IMG/VR virus record: IMGVR_UViG_3300032288_004867 | Location: 1-59,347 of that record | Direction: 5' to 3' (one strand) | Origin: a virus | Taxonomy: Duplodnaviria; Caudoviricetes | Length of the DNA stretch: 59,347 nucleotides | Shown here: one piece after another, positions 58,559 to 59,347 of the stretch | Position numbering within the stretch: the first letter of the stretch is position 1 | Layout: each line of letters begins with the position of its first letter | The notes under the pieces: generated by a model | Seen by the model: the letters and a program-made list of their open reading frames with translations, nothing else | Told to the model about the DNA's origin: nothing | Database searches by the model: none | Position numbers and translations under genes: made by a program

Positions 58559-58620
58559 AATATTTATGTTTTATTATAAATATTAAGATATTTGAATATA
58601 TTTATTATTAAAATATATTT

Positions 58621-59091
58621 ATGAAATTTACTAAAGAATATTTTGAAAAACATAAACCAATCACCAATGAAATGAAATTGGATGAACTTATTGATATGAA
58701 TGGTTCAGCAATTGAAGGTGATTTTAACCCTAGTTATAAAGATATTCAAACTGGCCCTGTTGCTAAATCATTTAATGATAATTCAGATTATGTAAAAGGT
58801 TTACCAACTACTACAGATAAGATAGCAACTTATGCGCAACCTAGAAGTTGGTGGGCACTATATTATGGTTATGGTGGTACACCTTATAGTCATGGTAATA
58901 AACCAATATCTGAAGCTGAAATGAGTGAAGCGTTAGTTGATAAAAAAGAATCTAAAGATATTGTTGAAAAATCAAAAGATTTAGATTTGGAAGAAAAATT
59001 AAAAAGAATTGAAGATTTAGTTAACAAATCAGATTTATCAGCTAAGGATAAAGAAAAAATGTTAGATATTATTAAAGATTCTGAAAATTAA
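58621..59091 (+). CDS. Hypothetical protein, possible internal head protein
   Basis: 156 aa, charged, several [ILM]xE motifs. Confidence 0.6.
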   Translation: MKFTKEYFEKHKPITNEMKLDELIDMNGSAIEGDFNPSYKDIQTGPVAKSFNDNSDYVKGLPTTTDKIATYAQPRSWWALYYGYGGTPYSHGNKPISEAEMSEALVDKKESKDIVEKSKDLDLEEKLKRIEDLVNKSDLSAKDKEKMLDIIKDSEN

Positions 59092-59092
59092 T

Positions 59093-59347
59093 ATGAATAT
59101 TAACGAAGAAAATAAAGACCTGGATAAAAAAGGTACATTTGTACCTGTGCCAGATGAATTTAAAAAATTCTTCAAAGGGGATAAATTAAGTTATACTAAT
59201 TTAACAACTAAAAAAGACAGATTAGAAAAAAATCAAAATATCACACCAGAAGAAAAAAAATTATTGGATTGGGTTAATAAAAAATTAAAATCAGAAATCC
59301 AAAAAGACCGAGGACCAAAAGCTGCAAGAATGCATATTGATGCTGAA
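59093..59347 (+). CDS. Hypothetical protein, partial (runs off the window)
   Basis: ATG at 59093, MNINEENKDLDKKG..., open to the end. Confidence 0.6.
   Translation, partial: MNINEENKDLDKKGTFVPVPDEFKKFFKGDKLSYTNLTTKKDRLEKNQNITPEEKKLLDWVNKKLKSEIQKDRGPKAARMHIDAE

Noticed and set aside
1-59347. Diversity-generating retroelement or invertase shufflon
   Set aside because: No reverse transcriptase or recombinase seen, no adenine-specific TR/VR pair noticed, and all fibre genes are co-oriented.
1-59347. Stop-codon reassignment
   Set aside because: Core genes are intact and densely packed under the standard code.
1-59347. tRNA or rRNA genes
   Set aside because: Intergenic gaps are short and AT-rich, with no cloverleaf-like sequence noticed.

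Overview
Very AT-rich segment of a large (probably jumbo) myovirus, distantly T4-like. It covers the tail, neck and fibre module: baseplate/tube initiator, tape measure, tail chaperone pair, tail tube, tail sheath, gp13/14/15-like neck proteins and about 15 fibre/adhesin genes. A small replication island (family B DNA polymerase, SNF2 helicase, glutaredoxin) sits inside it. A TTG-N20-TATATTTG promoter and SD-less A-rich leaders point to a Bacteroidota host (inference). Most notable: (1) an Aah/TibC-like O-glycosyltransferase embedded among fibre genes that are rich in a [ST]-[GA]-x-T motif, suggesting phage-encoded virion glycosylation; (2) eight genes built from roughly 190 14-aa SHAEG repeats with signs of DNA exchange between loci; (3) recurrent C-terminal/N-terminal motif pairs in adjacent genes that look like a docking code for branched fibres; (4) a +1/-2 (not -1) G/GT-like frameshift candidate; (5) a baseplate protein missed by the ORF track that carries mosaic WD40 repeats; (6) a small RHH regulator with a palindromic operator and a recurrent TATTTAT promoter motif. 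All family assignments come from motif recognition by eye, not from database searches.
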